Part shown: in pieces, positions 1-7,823 of the stretch
Layout: each line of letters opens with the position of its first letter
Numbering within the stretch: position 1 is the stretch's first letter
DNA from: Desulfurellaceae bacterium
GTDB taxonomy: Bacteria > Campylobacterota_A > Desulfurellia > Desulfurellales > Hippeaceae
Assembly (NCBI GenBank): GCA_015493995.1
Contig: WGCD01000146.1
Span: 3,772-67,771 of the forward strand
Length of the DNA stretch: 64,000 nt
Direction of reading: 5' to 3'
Notes under the pieces: generated by a model
The model's input: the letters and a program-made list of their open reading frames with translations, nothing else
Databases searched by the model: none
Told to the model about the DNA's origin: nothing
Program-made: the position numbers and the translations under genes

Positions 1-1031
1 AAGCTCAATACGTTAGGAATGCGATTGCAAAAATCAAGGGTCTGACAAGTACAGATACAAGCTGGAGTGAGGATTTTCAAGAGATTGAGCTGGATATTGA
101 CACGAATAAAGCGTTGAGCTATGGTCTGACGCCTGCAAGAATTATTGCTCAAATCCCGATAAACGGCAGGGTTGCCTCCATAAACGGTGATTTTACATCT
201 ATGAACACCCAATTTGTCAGGGTCTATCTTAAAGGCAAGTTCAACGAAAATCTGCAAAGCATAAGGCTTTTACCTATAAAATCGGCGTTTGGCTATTACA
301 TACCGCTTGAAAGCGTGGCAAAATTCAAGAAACACTTTACAGCCGCAAAGATAGAAAGAGACCAGCTGCTGTACAGTATAGACGTAAACGGATACAGAAA
401 CAAGAAGCCCATTACAATGCTAACCGCAAACAGCAACAATATATTAAAAAACTTGAAAACCGACGGGTTTAAAATAGTTCAGGCAGGCAGCATAGTGCAG
501 TTAAACGACAGCTTCAAAAGAATGATAAAGGCACTTTTGATCGGCGTTGTTCTGCTGACTATGACGCTCATAGCTGTTTATAGGTCTGTCAAGATGGGGC
601 TTGTTATGATTGTTGTCTTGCCGCTTTCTGTAATAGGGGCGTCTTGGGCGATGCTTATTTTCCATAAGCCCTCCTGTATGCCGAGTATGATGGGAATTAT
701 TCTGCTTTTTGGCATTATAATCAAAAACTCGGTTTTATTGATAGATTTTTATCAGCATTACAGGAAAAAGGAATCTGCCTTTGAAAGCGCTTTGGAAAGC
801 GTCAGGATAAGGTTTAGGCCTGTTATGATGACAGCTTTCGGTACAATTGCAGGGATGATTCCGATAGCGCTTGAAAGCGCCGTGGGGCTCGAGAGGCTCT
901 CGCCTTTGGCTGATGTTGCCGTAGGAGGTTTGCTTATTGGGACATTTTTGACGCTTGTGTATGTGCCTATGTTTGCATATCTTTTCGATAAAGATAAAAA
1001 AGCGGACAAAGAGGTTATAAAAACAACTTAA
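1..1031 (+). CDS. RND-family efflux transporter permease (AcrB/CzcA/CusA superfamily), C-terminal part; 5' end lies outside the window
   Basis: Frame 3 is open from base 3 (AQYVRNAIAKIKG...) into listed ORF 114..1031. C-terminal TM bundle has typical RND strings (IVVLPLSVIGA, GIIIKNSVLLIDF, RFRPVMMTAFGTIAGMIPIAL). A CDF metal exporter follows 16 nt downstream. Confidence 0.85.
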   Translation, partial: AQYVRNAIAKIKGLTSTDTSWSEDFQEIELDIDTNKALSYGLTPARIIAQIPINGRVASINGDFTSMNTQFVRVYLKGKFNENLQSIRLLPIKSAFGYYIPLESVAKFKKHFTAAKIERDQLLYSIDVNGYRNKKPITMLTANSNNILKNLKTDGFKIVQAGSIVQLNDSFKRMIKALLIGVVLLTMTLIAVYRSVKMGLVMIVVLPLSVIGASWAMLIFHKPSCMPSMMGIILLFGIIIKNSVLLIDFYQHYRKKESAFESALESVRIRFRPVMMTAFGTIAGMIPIALESAVGLERLSPLADVAVGGLLIGTFLTLVYVPMFAYLFDKDKKADKEVIKTT

Positions 1032-1046
1032 AAAAAGGGGGGTTTC

Positions 1047-1931
1047 ATGCCTCACACCCATCACGTACAGGGCAAAAAGCTTTTTATAACCGTGGTTTTA
1101 AACATCATTATTACTCTGTCTCAAATAATAGGCGGGCTGGCATCCGGCTCGCTTGCGCTTTTAAGTGATGCTCTGCATAACTTCAGCGATGTTTTGGCGC
1201 TTTTGATAGCCTATATTGCAAACAGATTGTCCTCATATCCCGACACAAAAGATAAAACATTCGGATACAAAAGAGCGGAAATTTTGGCGGCATTGTTTAA
1301 CGCATCGATTCTTATCGGCGTAGCTCTGTTTTTAATTATCGAGGCTTTTAATAAACTGCGGGCTCCTGTAAACATAAACTCTATTTGGGTAATCGGTTTG
1401 GGACTTTTGAGCATAGCATTAAACACGCTTTCGGTTTTATTTGTAAAGGGTGATTCTCACGACAGTTTAAACATAAAAGCCGTCTATCTTCATCTTTTAA
1501 GCGATGTTGTTACCTCAATTGCGGTTGTTGCAGGCGGTATTTTGATGTATTACTTCGGGCTTTTTTGGGTTGACCCGATAATTTCTTTATTGATTGCCTT
1601 TTATTTAATCGTATCGAGCTTAAAGCTGATAAAAGAGACAGCTGCCATTTTAATGCAGTTTGCCCCGAAAGAGGTGGAGATAGAGAAATTGGTTAGTGTT
1701 GTGGAAAGTTTGCCGCAAATCGATAACATACACCACTTACATATATGGAAACTCGATGAACACAATATAAACCTTGAGGCGCACCTGGATTTTAATAAAA
1801 ATGTCACACTAGCAGAGTCAAATAGGGTTATAGATACGCTCGAAGAACTGCTTAATAAAAAATTCGGCATATCACACACGACATTTCAGTGCGAATACAA
1901 CAGACAAGATAAAAAAGATATTATAGTTTAG
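1047..1931 (+). CDS. Cation diffusion facilitator (CDF) metal efflux protein, CzcD/ZitB-like
   Basis: Six predicted TM helices. CDF metal-site motifs LLSDALHNFSD (TM2) and HLLSDVVTS (TM5). C-terminal cytoplasmic domain with HHLHIWKL. GGGGG SD-like run 7 nt upstream of ATG. Confidence 0.88.
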   Translation: MPHTHHVQGKKLFITVVLNIIITLSQIIGGLASGSLALLSDALHNFSDVLALLIAYIANRLSSYPDTKDKTFGYKRAEILAALFNASILIGVALFLIIEAFNKLRAPVNINSIWVIGLGLLSIALNTLSVLFVKGDSHDSLNIKAVYLHLLSDVVTSIAVVAGGILMYYFGLFWVDPIISLLIAFYLIVSSLKLIKETAAILMQFAPKEVEIEKLVSVVESLPQIDNIHHLHIWKLDEHNINLEAHLDFNKNVTLAESNRVIDTLEELLNKKFGISHTTFQCEYNRQDKKDIIV

Positions 1932-1942
1932 GGTTGAACAAA

Positions 1943-2027
1943 TGGTGCGAGCGGGGAGACTCGAACTCCCACGCCTTCCGGCACTAGATCCTAAGTCTAG
2001 CGCGTCTACCAGTTCCGCCACGCTCGC
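1943..2027 (-). tRNA. tRNA-Leu (anticodon UAG), class II with long variable arm, CCA encoded
   Basis: Minus-strand read is GCGAGCG...CTAGA-CTTAGGA-TCTAG...GGGAGTTCGAGTCTCCC-CGCTCGC-A-CCA. It has a perfect 7-bp acceptor stem, anticodon loop CT-TAG-GA and T-loop TTCGAGT. Confidence 0.93.
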
Positions 2028-2040
2028 AAACGGTGCATTA

Positions 2041-2070
2041 TGTATAGCAAAACGGGTGTGCAGTTGTCAA
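2041..2070 (-). promoter_or_regulatory. Putative sigma70-type promoter of tRNA-Leu (-35 TTGACA / 18 nt / -10 TATACA)
   Basis: Minus-strand hexamers at 2070..2065 and 2046..2041; the -10 lies about 13 nt upstream of the tRNA 5' end. Confidence 0.45.
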
Positions 2071-2127
2071 AGAAATTATAAGATTTATAGATGCTAAGAG
2101 GCTGATTCTGTTTTAAGCGGCATTAGA

Positions 2128-3624
2128 TTATTTAAACACCTTTAGGTATATATCTTTGCCGTGACTTGTTTTTAAGGGTTTGCCTTCTTCTATTTTATAC
2201 GTTCTGCTGCCGTCATCTTTTCTTTCTGCTCTCAAAAACATTACATTGTTTAAACCTCTTTCATAGAAATCACCGGCGAATTTGTACATATGTGTTACGA
2301 AAAACATTTCGGTATTGTATTCCATTAGAGCTGAAACTATCTGTTTAGAAACCTCAGAACCTTCTATCTCGTTTGTAGAGGCAAACGATTCGTTAAACAA
2401 AATAAGGGAGTCTTTTTTCAGCTTGTCAACAATGAGGCTCATCCTCCTCATCTCCTCGTCAAATTTACCGCTTTCCATCTCAACATCCTCTTTTCTTTTG
2501 TAGTGTGTAAATATACTGCTGTTTATGTTTGACGAAAAAGAGGAAGCAGCAACAAACATACCGCACTGCATCATCAGCTTTGCCAGTCCCACACTCCTTA
2601 AAAACGTTGACTTTCCGCCGTGATTTGCCCCCGTTATAATAAATAGGGAAATGCTTTTATCCTTAGTATCAAGCGAATTATCCACAACCTTTTTGTTTAA
2701 GGTCAAAGCAAGACATACATCGTATAAGCCCTCAAAAACCAGTCTTCTTGTTTCTTTTTTAAGCGGAACGGGAAAGCATATCTGTTCGTTTAGAGATTGA
2801 AGCTTTTTATACAGATTGATAGCGGCAAGATAAAATGCCACCTCTGTTTTTAAGATTTCAAAAAAATTCAAGATGTGCTTGGCAGATTTAAAAACGGCGT
2901 TTGCAACAGAATTTATGCCTCTGTTGCGCAGCTCTCCGAGTGCTTTTGCACCAGCTTCATCTCGTTCGTGTATGGTGATTAAGTACGAATCCTTTCTTTT
3001 TGAAAATATTCTTTCCACGAGGCTTCTGTTTTCCTCTTTGAGTTCCCTTAAAATATAATTTTTGCCTCTGTTTCCGCTGCCCAATTCGGCGCTAATTAAA
3101 ATACCGCCCCTAAATTCCAGATTTTTCAGGTGTTTTTTAATCAATGCAAAATACTCATCGCTAAGCTCTGTCTCGACCATTTCAAAAAAACGTTTAAACC
3201 CTTCGGAGGAAAATTTATCCTTATTTTCAACGGCAAGATTTTTCAAATTATTTAGAGTTTCGGTAAACATTTCCATAAGCCTGACAGAGCTGTGCAGCAC
3301 GCTTTCGGGGTATTTGTTAAAAAACCAAAAGTAGGCTTTCTTCTCAAACTCTATGGACTCAACGGCTATCTCATACAGTTTTTTTACGATATCTTCGTTT
3401 TTGATGCAATCTTTTAAAATATCCTGCCTGTATAGTATCGTATCAACATCAACGAGACTTTCCAAAACGGCTTTCTTTGAAACCTTATAGAAAAACTCGT
3501 CTTCTTCCGACATAGCCTTGAAAATTGTATCCAACTCTAAATCGTAAGCCGTATTTTCAGATAGTTCGCACAAAGGAGAATCTAAGTTGAAATCCCTATC
3601 CTTATACATCAAAAACACTTTCAT
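2128..3624 (-). CDS. MutS-like ABC ATPase paralog B (MutS core/domain III plus domain V only; no mismatch-binding domain I, no Smr or nuclease domain)
   Basis: Walker A IITGANHGGKSTFLRSVG. MutS signature-like ESGKFDEEMRRM. Walker B LILFNESFASTN (Asn in place of Asp). H-loop FFVTHMY. N-terminal YRQDILKD motif shared with the upstream paralog. ATG lies 3 nt after the stop of the upstream gene. Confidence 0.8.
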   Translation of the reverse strand: MKVFLMYKDRDFNLDSPLCELSENTAYDLELDTIFKAMSEEDEFFYKVSKKAVLESLVDVDTILYRQDILKDCIKNEDIVKKLYEIAVESIEFEKKAYFWFFNKYPESVLHSSVRLMEMFTETLNNLKNLAVENKDKFSSEGFKRFFEMVETELSDEYFALIKKHLKNLEFRGGILISAELGSGNRGKNYILRELKEENRSLVERIFSKRKDSYLITIHERDEAGAKALGELRNRGINSVANAVFKSAKHILNFFEILKTEVAFYLAAINLYKKLQSLNEQICFPVPLKKETRRLVFEGLYDVCLALTLNKKVVDNSLDTKDKSISLFIITGANHGGKSTFLRSVGLAKLMMQCGMFVAASSFSSNINSSIFTHYKRKEDVEMESGKFDEEMRRMSLIVDKLKKDSLILFNESFASTNEIEGSEVSKQIVSALMEYNTEMFFVTHMYKFAGDFYERGLNNVMFLRAERKDDGSRTYKIEEGKPLKTSHGKDIYLKVFK

Positions 3625-3627
3625 TTT

Positions 3628-5160
3628 TTAATCTCTCTTCAATCTGTCAACGAGGCATTCATAGGTTAAGCCGTGTTTTTTTGCTATTGATATCGCATAA
3701 GCAATGCCGTCTGCCTGCCTTCTTTTGATTTTATACGTTCTCAAGCTGACATCGTCATCTCTTACGGTGCTTGTCATGCTCACAATCTTATCACTCAATT
3801 CGGTAAGTGCATCAAGAAATGTCACAAAAACACACAAGGAATCGATTTTGATTATTTCGTTTAACACCTGTTGAGCCAGAAACAGTGCATCGTGGAGGCT
3901 GGTTGATGAGAATATTTCATTCATAATAATTATACTTCTGTCGGTGGCTTTTTGCAGAATATCCTTTATCCTCACAAGGTCGTTTTCCAGTTTTCCTATT
4001 AATGTCTGAATCGACTCCTCCTTCTCAAAATGTGTAAAGATATTATCGAATAACAGAAGCTTGGCTTTTGAGCCCGGAACCTTCAATCCTAAAGAAGCCA
4101 AAAAATGTATCTGGCCAAATGCCCTTGCAAACGTTGTTTTTCCTCCTTGGTTGGGTCCTGTTACTATAATAATACGCTCTTTGCCTTTTAAGTAAAAGTC
4201 GTTGCTGACAACAGCCCTGTCTTCTTTTGCAAGTTTGTATCCCAAAGCCATATCGAAACCCTCTTGGTTTTGTATATCGTCTTTGGATTGAACTGTTTGT
4301 GGATAGCAAAACCTAAGCTGCAAATCCTCCAAAGGTTTGATGTACTCCAGATAAGAGAGGTAAAACTGAACCTCTCTGTCAAACTTTTTAATATGTGTAT
4401 CCATAAAGTTTTCGTATGTTGAGCAGTACCTTTCCAAATCATCAAAGAGAGCTCTATTTAATTGAGCCACACACTTTAAGATTTCGATTTCTATGTGGTT
4501 AGCATACTCTAAGTTGTGAAATTCCGCTTTGAAATCCTCAACGTCAAACTGCCTGAAACGTTCAAACACCTCAAGAATTGTTTTGCCGTAATCCTTTTCG
4601 TTTTTATAATTTTCCACTCTTATTTTGTTTTCCTTTATAAAAAGTGTATATTTAACCTCATCCAAACCTTGTCTCAGCACTTTTGTATGTTCAAGCATCT
4701 CTTTAAATTTATCCGATGCAATATATGATTCAAGATAAGCTTTAAAAGACAAAAGCCCTTCGGAATTTAGAGACGATTCGGATAAGGACGAGTGCAATTT
4801 TACAACCGAAGCGCAATATAAATCCACAGAATCGAGAAACCAACGCTCCTTTTGATACTTGCAGGAGAGTTTTTCAGTCTTTTGCAATCCGCCTCTTATA
4901 TAATTCATTGCGGATTCAAACTCTTTTAAAGCGCCAAATACGTCCTTTTGCTCTATATCCTTTAAAATTTTCTGGCGGTATGTTATGTTTTCTATGTTTT
5001 TAAGACTATAATAAAAAAACGGTTTTAAATCGTACGCTTCTTTTGTTTTTGTTATTTCGTCAACTATTAGGTTTAAGTTTAAATCCTCAAAAAACTCCGG
5101 TTCTTGCTGATTGGGGTTAAACCCCTCTTCTTCTTTAAATAAAATGCTTTGAAATATCAT
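3628..5160 (-). CDS. MutS-like ABC ATPase paralog A (domain III plus V only; degenerate signature and H-loop)
   Basis: Walker A IIVTGPNQGGKTTFARAFG. Walker B IIIMNEIFSSTS (Asn for Asp). H-loop position reads VTFLD (no His). C-terminal YKIKRRQADGIAYAISIAKKHGL resembles the MutS C-terminal helix-turn-helix region. N-terminal TYRQKILKD motif. Confidence 0.8.
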   Translation of the reverse strand: MIFQSILFKEEEGFNPNQQEPEFFEDLNLNLIVDEITKTKEAYDLKPFFYYSLKNIENITYRQKILKDIEQKDVFGALKEFESAMNYIRGGLQKTEKLSCKYQKERWFLDSVDLYCASVVKLHSSLSESSLNSEGLLSFKAYLESYIASDKFKEMLEHTKVLRQGLDEVKYTLFIKENKIRVENYKNEKDYGKTILEVFERFRQFDVEDFKAEFHNLEYANHIEIEILKCVAQLNRALFDDLERYCSTYENFMDTHIKKFDREVQFYLSYLEYIKPLEDLQLRFCYPQTVQSKDDIQNQEGFDMALGYKLAKEDRAVVSNDFYLKGKERIIIVTGPNQGGKTTFARAFGQIHFLASLGLKVPGSKAKLLLFDNIFTHFEKEESIQTLIGKLENDLVRIKDILQKATDRSIIIMNEIFSSTSLHDALFLAQQVLNEIIKIDSLCVFVTFLDALTELSDKIVSMTSTVRDDDVSLRTYKIKRRQADGIAYAISIAKKHGLTYECLVDRLKRD

Positions 5161-5194
5161 AGCTTATCTGTTTTGGTATGAATGTTTTCTTAAA

Positions 5195-5641
5195 TTACCC
5201 ATTATGATTTTGCTCCCACTCTAAAGCCTCGGCTACGGCTTTTTCTACCTCTTTTTGACTCATCTGCTGGGCATCCAAATCGCACTCATAGATATGACCT
5301 GATATATAAAACCATTTGTAGGATTGAACTATGTTCTTTTTCGTTCCGTAGCCGTACTTGTATAAAAAAGCCAGATTATATTGAGCCCTGCTCCAACCGG
5401 CATTGGCAGCCTTCTTATACCATATAAAGGCTTTTTTGTAATCTAATGTTGTGCCCTGACCTATTTCATAAGAAAGAGCGACATAATACATAGCCTCTAT
5501 GTTTCCTTTTTTTGCCAACTTCAATATTGTTTCAAAGCTGTTTTTGTTGTTATTTTTAAACAGTTGTTCTATCGACTGAGAGTTGGCAACCTGTAAAGCA
5601 AGCAAAAATATGATTATTACGAACAGGGATTTTCTAAGCAT
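5195..5641 (-). CDS. Secreted Sel1-like (SLR/TPR-family) repeat protein
   Basis: Signal peptide MLRKSLFVIIIFLLALQVANS-Q. Two to three Sel1 repeats (AMYYVALSYEIGQGTTLDYKKAFIWYKKAANAGWSRAQYNLAFLYKYGYGTKKN). Confidence 0.8.
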   Translation of the reverse strand: MLRKSLFVIIIFLLALQVANSQSIEQLFKNNNKNSFETILKLAKKGNIEAMYYVALSYEIGQGTTLDYKKAFIWYKKAANAGWSRAQYNLAFLYKYGYGTKKNIVQSYKWFYISGHIYECDLDAQQMSQKEVEKAVAEALEWEQNHNG

Positions 5642-5650
5642 AACAAGTTT

Positions 5651-5678
5651 ATTGTAAACACGACTCCGGTTTAGTCAA
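5651..5678 (-). promoter_or_regulatory. Putative sigma70-type promoter of the Sel1 / MutS-like operon (-35 TTGACT / 16 nt / -10 TACAAT); transcript would be leaderless or nearly so
   Basis: Minus-strand hexamers at 5678..5673 and 5656..5651. Only 9 nt separate the -10 from the ATG at 5641, and no SD is present. Confidence 0.45.
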
Positions 5679-5798
5679 ACAAAAAATTTAACTGTCCGAT
5701 TTTTTAAGTTTAAGCTATATCATAGTAAAGAGCGCTTAAAGTCAGACTCTTTAAATCCGTACATTTGTGTTTTTTATGGTCAAAAATATATAATTTTC

Positions 5799-5826
5799 TT
5801 GACTTTTAGGCATAAACTTATAAAAT
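5799..5826 (+). promoter_or_regulatory. Putative sigma70-type promoter of the tRNA-Gln/tRNA-Glu pair (-35 TTGACT / 16 nt / -10 TAAAAT)
   Basis: Hexamers at 5799..5804 and 5821..5826; the tRNA-Gln 5' end lies 13 nt downstream of the -10. Confidence 0.55.
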
Positions 5827-5838
5827 TTTCACTCGCAT

Positions 5839-5912
5839 TGGGATGTCGTCTAATGGTAGGACAGCGGACTCTGGATCCGCTGGTCGGGGTTCGAATCCCT
5901 GCATCCCAGCCA
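5839..5912 (+). tRNA. tRNA-Gln (anticodon CUG), CCA encoded
   Basis: TGGGATG acceptor pairs perfectly with CATCCCA. Anticodon arm GCGGA-CTCTGGA-TCCGC. T-loop TTCGAAT. Confidence 0.93.
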
Positions 5913-5922
5913 TTTATTTTGC

Positions 5923-5997
5923 GGCCCTATCGTCTAGTGGTTAGGACGTCGGCCTCTCACGCCGAAAACAGGGGTTCGACTCCCCTTGGGGCTACCA
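5923..5997 (+). tRNA. tRNA-Glu (anticodon CUC), CCA encoded
   Basis: GGCCCTA/TGGGGCT acceptor (two G-U pairs). D-loop GTCTAGTGGTTAGGAC typical of tRNA-Glu. Anticodon arm TCGGC-CTCTCAC-GCCGA. T-loop TTCGACT. Confidence 0.9.
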
Positions 5998-6005
5998 TTT
6001 TTACC

Positions 6006-6034
6006 TTGAAATCCGATTAATATATAGGTACTAT
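6006..6034 (+). promoter_or_regulatory. Putative sigma70-type promoter of the FGE-domain gene (-35 TTGAAA / 17 nt / -10 TACTAT)
   Basis: Hexamers at 6006..6011 and 6029..6034. SD GAGGTG at 6045..6050; ATG at 6056. Confidence 0.4.
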
Positions 6035-6055
6035 TTTTAAAAGCGAGGTGTTAGA

Positions 6056-7147
6056 ATGCTTAAATATTTATCTTTATTGTTTGTTATTATCGTTTTTTCA
6101 ATAAATGTCAAAGCCGCAAACTATAAAAATGCATCGGCAAGAGTCGAAGGCAATTACATGGTATTTAATTACGACATACCGGGGAATAGTGCGAAACAGT
6201 TTGTCGTAGGGATACAAATCAGAACCAAAGGTCATATTTACTCAACGAGAAACCTGCATCTTGAAGGCGATGTCGGGCTTGTCAGCGCGGGACTGAATAA
6301 AAAAATATACTGGGATGTATTTAAGGATTTTCCAAACGGTTTGCCGAAAGGTGCAACCTGGAGTTTGCTTGTGCGTCCTCGACACTACACAAACGCCCTT
6401 GGTATGAAATTTATATACATACCAGGCGGGTGCTATATTATGGGTGCAAACAAGAACGATTCTTTGGCAAGAAAAGATGAAAAGCCCCCGCACAAGGTAT
6501 GCGTAAGCGGTTTTTTTATAGGGCAATACGAGGTTACAAACAAGCAGTTTAAGATGTTCGATGCCGCTCACAACAGCGGGCAGAGCAAATTGTACAACCT
6601 AAACGGAGATAACCAGCCGGTCGTTAATGTCTCGTGGGACCACATACAACAGTATTTAAAGTGGTTATATGCAAACACAAAGGAGATATACAGACTGCCT
6701 ACGGAAGCTGAGTGGGAATATGCCGCAAGAGCCGGCATAAAACGAGACACCTATTGGCAAAACGCCAAATCCGCCTGCAAATATGCGAATATATATGACA
6801 TTACGGCTCATAATAAGATAAAAAGCTATCTCCAAAAACCGTTCCCCTGCAAAGACGGGTATGTTGCAACAGCACCCGTAGGCTCATTTTTGCCAAACAG
6901 ATACGGATTATACGATATGATAGGAAATGCCGCCGAATGGTGCTACGATACATTCTATTCAAAAGCTTATTCGATTAGCAAAACAGATAATCCGGTATAT
7001 TTAAACCCCTATGTTTCGTTAGCAAAATCGGTAAGAGGAGGAAGCTGGTACAGCACAAAAGAGGATGCTAGGCTTTCTGCAAGAAGCAACTATATGCCGG
7101 GACTGATAAACGATTTTATAGGATTCAGGCTCGTGCTTGAGCCTTGA
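6056..7147 (+). CDS. Secreted formylglycine-generating-enzyme (FGE/SUMF1) domain protein with an unassigned ~100-aa N-terminal domain
   Basis: Signal peptide MLKYLSLLFVIIVFSINVKA. FGE-sulfatase family strings FFIGQYEVTNKQF, PVVNVSWDHIQQYLKWL, YRLPTEAEWEYAARAG, YDMIGNAAEWCYD, RGGSWYS, IGFRLV. Confidence 0.85.
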   Translation: MLKYLSLLFVIIVFSINVKAANYKNASARVEGNYMVFNYDIPGNSAKQFVVGIQIRTKGHIYSTRNLHLEGDVGLVSAGLNKKIYWDVFKDFPNGLPKGATWSLLVRPRHYTNALGMKFIYIPGGCYIMGANKNDSLARKDEKPPHKVCVSGFFIGQYEVTNKQFKMFDAAHNSGQSKLYNLNGDNQPVVNVSWDHIQQYLKWLYANTKEIYRLPTEAEWEYAARAGIKRDTYWQNAKSACKYANIYDITAHNKIKSYLQKPFPCKDGYVATAPVGSFLPNRYGLYDMIGNAAEWCYDTFYSKAYSISKTDNPVYLNPYVSLAKSVRGGSWYSTKEDARLSARSNYMPGLINDFIGFRLVLEP

Positions 7148-7571
7148 TGTATTTAACCAAAGCCTCCAGTGCAAGGATGTAGCTTAGATATCCGAAACCT
7201 GATATTACGCCCAAAGCTATATCGGCAAGATAGGATTTGTGCCTGAAGGTCTCCCTTTTATACACATTCGACAGGTGAACCTCTATAAAGGGTAGAGAGA
7301 CAGACAAAGCTGCGTCTCTGATGGCTATACTCGTATGTGTATAAGCTGCCGCATTTATAATGAAACCATCAAATTTACCGTGTAGGTAGTGTATTTTCTC
7401 TACTATTTCACCCTCGCTATTTGATTGAAACAGGTCTATCTCAACACCGAGTTCATTAGCTTTAATCTCTATCTGTTTGTTTATATCCGAGATAGAGAGA
7501 TTTCCGTATAGTGAGGGCTCTCTTGTGCCCAACATATCAAGATTAGGACCGTTAATTACCGATATTTTCAT
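7125..7571 (-). CDS. aroQ: 3-dehydroquinate dehydratase, type II
   Basis: MKISVINGPNLDMLGTREPSLYG N-terminus plus HLSNVYKRETFRH motif. 3' end overlaps the convergent FGE gene by 23 nt. Confidence 0.93.
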   Translation of the reverse strand: MKISVINGPNLDMLGTREPSLYGNLSISDINKQIEIKANELGVEIDLFQSNSEGEIVEKIHYLHGKFDGFIINAAAYTHTSIAIRDAALSVSLPFIEVHLSNVYKRETFRHKSYLADIALGVISGFGYLSYILALEALVKYIKAQARA

Positions 7572-7822
7572 CTTGCACCGAAAGAACAGGCATAAAGATA
7601 CGAATATCCGCCTTTTTTTTCTTTATAGATACACTTTCTCATAGGAGCCTCCTTTTGGCTTGATATGAGCAGTGTCTCAATGGCGTCTTTAACCTCATCC
7701 AGAGAGAGTCTTTGTTTGAAAGTTTCTTCTATGTATTTTTTAATGTCTTCCTCGCTAAATGGTATTCTGCCCTTTTCATCCAAGGCTTTTGCAGCCTTTT
7801 CTACCAGCATTAAGGTTTCCAT
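7568..7822 (-). CDS. Hypothetical 84-aa protein, translationally coupled between HIT gene and aroQ
   Basis: ORF only. Start lies 1 nt after the HIT stop, and the stop overlaps the aroQ start (ATGA). Helical acidic/basic N-terminal part, Cys/Tyr/Gly-rich tail. No family recognised. Confidence 0.5.
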   Translation of the reverse strand: METLMLVEKAAKALDEKGRIPFSEEDIKKYIEETFKQRLSLDEVKDAIETLLISSQKEAPMRKCIYKEKKGGYSYLYACSFGAR

Positions 7823-7823
7823 A

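Noticed and set aside
2128-5160. Calling the two genes canonical mismatch-repair mutS, or mutS2.
   Set aside because: - They are only about 500 aa.
- There is no N-terminal mismatch-recognition domain (no GxFxE-type motif).
- There is no C-terminal Smr domain.
- The Walker B Asp is replaced.
Naming them mutS or mutS2 would over-annotate.
1943-5997. The tRNA-Leu ... tRNA-Gln/Glu flanking of the MutS-like/Sel1 genes could mark a tRNA-integrated genomic island.
   Set aside because: - No integrase or recombinase gene is present.
- I could find no direct repeat of a tRNA 3' end.
- Both tRNA loci point their 5' (promoter) sides, not their 3' ends, toward the segment.
I keep only the weaker statement that the segment looks accessory.
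5799-6020. Listed 73-aa ORF on the plus strand.
   Set aside because: It is entirely composed of the tRNA-Gln and tRNA-Glu genes and their promoter, so it is a translation artefact.
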